Assembly: GCA_963665295.1 (NCBI GenBank)
Contig: OY762209.1
Location: 5,056,001 to 5,120,000, forward strand
Direction of reading: 5' to 3'
DNA from: Syntrophorhabdaceae bacterium
Lineage (GTDB): Bacteria > Desulfobacterota > Syntrophorhabdia > Syntrophorhabdales > Syntrophorhabdaceae
Length of the DNA: 64,000 nt
Positions 60,095 to 64,000 of the stretch are shown here, in pieces. Position numbers and translations under genes: made by a program. Positions within the stretch are counted from its first letter, which is position 1; each line of letters begins with the position of its first letter. The notes under the pieces were generated by a model. That model searched no databases, was not told the DNA's origin, and saw nothing but the letters and a program-made list of their open reading frames with translations.

Positions 60095-61792
60095 TCACCC
60101 GTCCAGGGGCACAAACTCTTTTATATTGAGGTGGATAAACCTTTCCCCCATATCCTCCTTGACCATAGGGGACGCCACGATACTCATCTTCGCAGCCTCA
60201 AGAAGGGGCGCCTGTCCGTAAAAGGTGCCGTACCACGTGCGGTTCTCTTCGTCGGTGATCTTAGCAAACCTGTTCGTCAACCTCACATGGGACGGGGTAA
60301 AAAGCAGGTTCGGCCTCGGGTTGCCCATGCCGAAGGGCGAGGCCCGGTCTATGAATTCCACCAGGGCGGGGTTCAGTTCCTCAAAGGCGGCCCGGGTGTC
60401 CACCCTGGTCTTCCGCTCCCGGTCCCTGATCGCTCCCTGCACGGCATCATCGAAAGCGTCCCTGAAGGGGACGAGGTTCTCCGCGCTGAGGGAGATCCCG
60501 CACGCAAACTTGTGGCCCCCGAACTTCAGCACGAGATGGGCCACGGATTCGATGGTCTCGTGGAGGTCTATGCCGTCCCCTCCCCTGCCGGAGCCTTTCC
60601 ATACCCCATCCACCTCGGTGATGACGATGGAGGGTTTCTTGTACATCTCCGTCAGCTTCTGGGCGACAATGCCGATAACGCCCACGTGCCAGCCCTCCTT
60701 GAAGAGAACGATGGAATTCCTGCCGGTCATCGCCTCCGCACTGATCGCCTCCACGGCCTCCTTCACTGTTTCCTGTTCGATCCTCTGCCTCCGCCTGTTT
60801 ACATCGTTCAGCTCCGTGAGCATGCTCCTCGACGCGGACTCGTCCTCGGAGATAAGGAAGTTGAGGGCCGTGGTGGGGCTCGACACCCTTCCCGAGGCGT
60901 TGATGCGGGGGATGATGATAAACCCGAGGGTAAATTCATCAATGGCGTTCCTGGGGACTATGCCGCTCCTGAAGAACGACTTCAGCCATGTCCGGGGTCG
61001 TTTCCTCATGACCTCCATGCCGAATTTCACGATCACCCGGTTATCTCCTGTGAGGGGCACCATGTCGGCCACGGTCCCCAGGGTCACGAGGTCAAGTTCC
61101 CTCTTGAGGTTGATGGTCGTTTTCAAAAGGCCCTTTCCCGCCATTATCCTCCTCAGTCCCAGGAGGAAGAAGAAGGTAACCCCACATGCCGCGAGTTCCC
61201 TCGTGGGAAACCGGGCGTCCCTTCGCTTCGGGTTTATGACCGCAAGGGCAGGGGGCAGTTCTTCTCCGGGTTCGTGGTGGTCGATCACGATGGTTTCCAT
61301 GCCGAGCTCGTCAGCGGCCCTGATCTCAGCCACGTTGGTCGACCCGCAGTCAAGGCATATGAGGAGCTTCACCCCCATTTCCTTCATCTTTCGGACCGCG
61401 CCCACGTTGAGGCCATACCCTTCCCGCCTTTCAGGCAGGTACGTAACGGGCTCTGCCCCGAGGTGCCGGAGAAAATTGATCATGAGCGCAACGGAGGTGA
61501 TCCCGTCGGCGTCGTAGTCACCATAAAGGCCGATCTTCTCTTTTGCGGTCACCGCCTTTATGACCCTTGACACGGCAATCTCCGCATCAGGGAGAAGAAA
61601 GGGGTCCGAAAGGTCTTCGATCCTGGGATGGAGAAAGGTTTCCGCAAGGACGGGGTCCGTAAAACCTCTGGAAACAAGGATTCTCGCGCACAGATGGCTC
61701 AAATCAAGGTCCCTCTGGAGCGCTCCTATTATGGCATCAGTTTCATCCATTATAGATGTGCCGGCCTCTTCTTTCTTTGAATGGGCGCCCAC
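60095..61792 (-). CDS. recJ: Single-stranded-DNA exonuclease RecJ
   Basis: GDYDADG, EGYGL, LDCG, IDHH, GTVAD, PRINA, FGGH, PFGMGNP. Confidence 0.97.
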   Translation of the reverse strand: MGAHSKKEEAGTSIMDETDAIIGALQRDLDLSHLCARILVSRGFTDPVLAETFLHPRIEDLSDPFLLPDAEIAVSRVIKAVTAKEKIGLYGDYDADGITSVALMINFLRHLGAEPVTYLPERREGYGLNVGAVRKMKEMGVKLLICLDCGSTNVAEIRAADELGMETIVIDHHEPGEELPPALAVINPKRRDARFPTRELAACGVTFFFLLGLRRIMAGKGLLKTTINLKRELDLVTLGTVADMVPLTGDNRVIVKFGMEVMRKRPRTWLKSFFRSGIVPRNAIDEFTLGFIIIPRINASGRVSSPTTALNFLISEDESASRSMLTELNDVNRRRQRIEQETVKEAVEAISAEAMTGRNSIVLFKEGWHVGVIGIVAQKLTEMYKKPSIVITEVDGVWKGSGRGGDGIDLHETIESVAHLVLKFGGHKFACGISLSAENLVPFRDAFDDAVQGAIRDRERKTRVDTRAAFEELNPALVEFIDRASPFGMGNPRPNLLFTPSHVRLTNRFAKITDEENRTWYGTFYGQAPLLEAAKMSIVASPMVKEDMGERFIHLNIKEFVPLDG

Positions 61793-61807
61793 CGGTCGGC
61801 GGACCAG

Positions 61808-62725
61808 CTACCGGGCGTTCTCTTCATGATGGGTGCATCCGATAATCCCATCCAGGTCCGGGTAGTTCTCCCGGGTGAGATAGCTGTCTATTCCTTCTAT
61901 GATCTTGGGTATTGTGTAGGGGTCCACGAAGGTGGCAGTCCCGACCTGGACCGCTTTTGCCCCTGCCATGAGGAAACAAAGGGCGTCCGCGCAATCCATT
62001 ATCCCTCCTGAACCTATGATGGGCAAAGGGACCGCCTTCGAGACTTCGAATACCGCTTTCAGGGCAATGGGGCGAAGCACGGGGCCCGAAAGCCCTCCCC
62101 GGAGCGGCACGCTTCTTCGCGCAGTGTCGACTACCGCCGCAGGAAAGGTATTGAGGAGGGTAAACCCGTCAACGCCTGCTTCGTATGCCGCTTGGGCGAT
62201 CTCCACTATATTCTTGACCTCGGGGGTGAGTTTGGCGATCACGGGGATCGGGGTAACCGACTTCACCCGCTTTATGATCCCTCCCACCATATCGGGGTCT
62301 TTCCCGAAGCTGATGCCTCCCCGCTTCACGTTGGGACATGAGAGGTTCATCTCGAGAGCCACGATCAGGGCGTCGGGTTTTATGCTCTCCGCACACGCCA
62401 CATATTCGTCCTCCTCGAACCCGAAAAAGTTGACGATTATAGGAGTCTGCCGTTCCCGGAACAAGGGGAAATAGTCGCGGAAGAATCGTTCGACACCCAC
62501 ATTCTGAAGGCCGATGCTGTTTATAATCCCGTAACGCTCTTCCCACACTCTGGGAAGGGGGTTTCCGTGATGGGGTTTCAAGGAGAGCCCTTTGGTCACA
62601 TAAGCGCCGAGGGTCTGAACCGGCCAGAGAGGTTCGATCTCTCTCCCGTACCCCAGCGTGCCCGAGGCATTCATGACCGGGTTCTTAAGGATCTTTCCGA
62701 AAAGTTCTAGAGACGTATCTGCCAT
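61808..62725 (-). CDS. pyrD: Dihydroorotate dehydrogenase B catalytic subunit
   Basis: NASGT, NSIGLQN, NLSCPNV, KLTP, GGLSG, VQVGTA. Confidence 0.96.
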   Translation of the reverse strand: MADTSLELFGKILKNPVMNASGTLGYGREIEPLWPVQTLGAYVTKGLSLKPHHGNPLPRVWEERYGIINSIGLQNVGVERFFRDYFPLFRERQTPIIVNFFGFEEDEYVACAESIKPDALIVALEMNLSCPNVKRGGISFGKDPDMVGGIIKRVKSVTPIPVIAKLTPEVKNIVEIAQAAYEAGVDGFTLLNTFPAAVVDTARRSVPLRGGLSGPVLRPIALKAVFEVSKAVPLPIIGSGGIMDCADALCFLMAGAKAVQVGTATFVDPYTIPKIIEGIDSYLTRENYPDLDGIIGCTHHEENAR

Positions 62726-63465
62726 AAATCGAATACCGGCCCTTCCTTACATACCCTTTTATAGGGTTCCGTTTCATCGTTCGTTTCGATCACGCAGCCG
62801 AAGCACAAGCCCAGGCCACATGCCATCCGTTCCTCCACAAGGGCCTGACACGGCTGCCTTTCCTTATCGAGGAGGCCCTTGAGGCTTTTGAGCATGTTCA
62901 CGGGACCGCAGGCAAAAATCTCGATATTTTCGCCCTTCATCTCCGCAAGGCTTCTGCCGAGAAGGGAGACCACGTCGCCTTTGAAACCCTCCGACCCATC
63001 CATGGTGGCCACCGCGGGATTGAGGTGTCGGAGGTCTTCGATGATGGCTGTTTCCTCCTTGCGCGAGCAACCGAAAAGAAGGGTTGTCTTTCCCTTCAAG
63101 GTCCCGATAAGGGTGCGGACCCCCGCAATACCGATGCCGCCTGCCACCACGAGATAGCGGTCTCTCTTTCCTACATGGAAACCCTTACCCAGGGGGCCGA
63201 GGACGAAGACGGTTTCATTCTTCACCGCCTTGCTCAGACGTTCCGTCCCTTTACCCACAACCCTGTACATGAGGGTAAGGACCTGCCTCGCATAGCGATA
63301 GATACCGAAAGGCCGCCTCAGAAACACCTCGCTGCCCGGTATGCGGAGCATCACGAACTGGCCCGGGCTGCCTGGGTCCATGGGCTTTGAAAGCCTTATA
63401 GTGAGCATGTGATAGCCCGGAATGAGCATCCTGTTCGAGGTAATTCTTCCTTCTATATCATCCAC
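62707..63465 (-). CDS. pyrK: Dihydroorotate dehydrogenase B electron transfer subunit
   Basis: PGQFVM, RRPF, GPLGKGF, AGGIG, MACGLGLCFGC...VCKEGPVF. Confidence 0.96.
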   Translation of the reverse strand: MDDIEGRITSNRMLIPGYHMLTIRLSKPMDPGSPGQFVMLRIPGSEVFLRRPFGIYRYARQVLTLMYRVVGKGTERLSKAVKNETVFVLGPLGKGFHVGKRDRYLVVAGGIGIAGVRTLIGTLKGKTTLLFGCSRKEETAIIEDLRHLNPAVATMDGSEGFKGDVVSLLGRSLAEMKGENIEIFACGPVNMLKSLKGLLDKERQPCQALVEERMACGLGLCFGCVIETNDETEPYKRVCKEGPVFDLWQIRL

Positions 63466-63467
63466 AA

Positions 63468-64000
63468 TTACTCATCCCTTACGGCAAGGAGCATGACAAG
63501 GGCATCCTCGTTCGTATCCGTATAATACTTCTTGCGCTTGCCTATCGCCTTGAAACCGAATTTGTCATAGAGGCGGAGCGCCTCCTTGTTGCCTTCTCTC
63601 ACTTCAAGGTAGAACTGGGTGATCCCCTTTTCCTTCAGCCCCTCTATCACGCCGGCCATCAATGCCGACGCGTACCCCATGTTCCTCTTTCCGGGATGAA
63701 CCGCGATATTGAGAATATGGGCCTCGTCCTCTACCGTGTAGAAGCAAAGGTAACCTGTGACTTCCGTCTCCGTGGTGATGACGAAATTTTCGGCAATGGG
63801 AGAGAAAAGGGCCTCTTCAAAAAGCCTCTTCGTCCAGGGAGAGGTAAAGGACCCCTTCTCTATGACGAGAACCTGGGGGAGGTCATTTTCCGTCATGGTC
63901 CTGATCTCGACGTCGCGGCCTTTATCGAATCTTGTGGCGGCCAAAAGGTCCTCCTCCGTATTGACATTGGTGAATACCGCCCGTCCCCTTTGCAGGAAGA
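63468..64000 (-). CDS. rimI: Ribosomal protein S18-alanine N-acetyltransferase, apparently fused in frame to an upstream MobA-like domain (5' end off window)
   Basis: FTSPWT, AHILNIAVHP, LEVREGN, LYDKFGF, KKYY...EDALVM; frame stays open to the window edge through FTNVNTEEDL. Confidence 0.9.
   Translation of the reverse strand, partial: FLQRGRAVFTNVNTEEDLLAATRFDKGRDVEIRTMTENDLPQVLVIEKGSFTSPWTKRLFEEALFSPIAENFVITTETEVTGYLCFYTVEDEAHILNIAVHPGKRNMGYASALMAGVIEGLKEKGITQFYLEVREGNKEALRLYDKFGFKAIGKRKKYYTDTNEDALVMLLAVRDE

Noticed and set aside
60131..61570. 479-aa and 430-aa plus-strand ORFs
   Set aside because: Antisense shadows of recJ.

Overview
64-kb segment of a GC-rich anaerobic deltaproteobacterial chromosome (gene content and order suggest a Syntrophorhabdus/Syntrophales-like organism; this is inferred). 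Housekeeping blocks are etfB, iorA'/iorB/iorA, queD-queE, uvrA-kdsB, rpsT, xerC-hslVU-argBDFG-leuS-lptE and rimI-pyrK-pyrD-recJ. Between them lie accessory genes, mostly large secreted modular proteins with Cys-containing InlB-B-like/Ig-like tails: an M28 peptidase, two metallophosphoesterase paralogs, a HAF-repeat protein, a beta-propeller protein and a frameshifted FN3 multicopper oxidase. The most interesting element is a compact RiPP-type locus at 41.4-46.2 kb. It encodes two PqqD/RRE proteins, two radical SAM/SPASM enzymes (SynChlorMet ScmE/ScmF-like), an ScmC-like P-loop protein fused to an S26-like peptidase, and a divergently encoded 66-aa candidate precursor with a YxPP leader and three C-[S/T]-x-G repeats. 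The locus is bracketed by a 98-bp direct repeat. Other points of note: two covarying ~150-nt hairpin repeats flanking a hybrid histidine kinase, a probable MobA-RimI fusion at the window edge, a degenerate IorA paralog, twin GTATAC-N-GTATAC operators, a BMP-Cache fusion and several gene relics. No rRNA, tRNA, CRISPR array or transposase was seen. All family calls come from motif recognition, not database searches.
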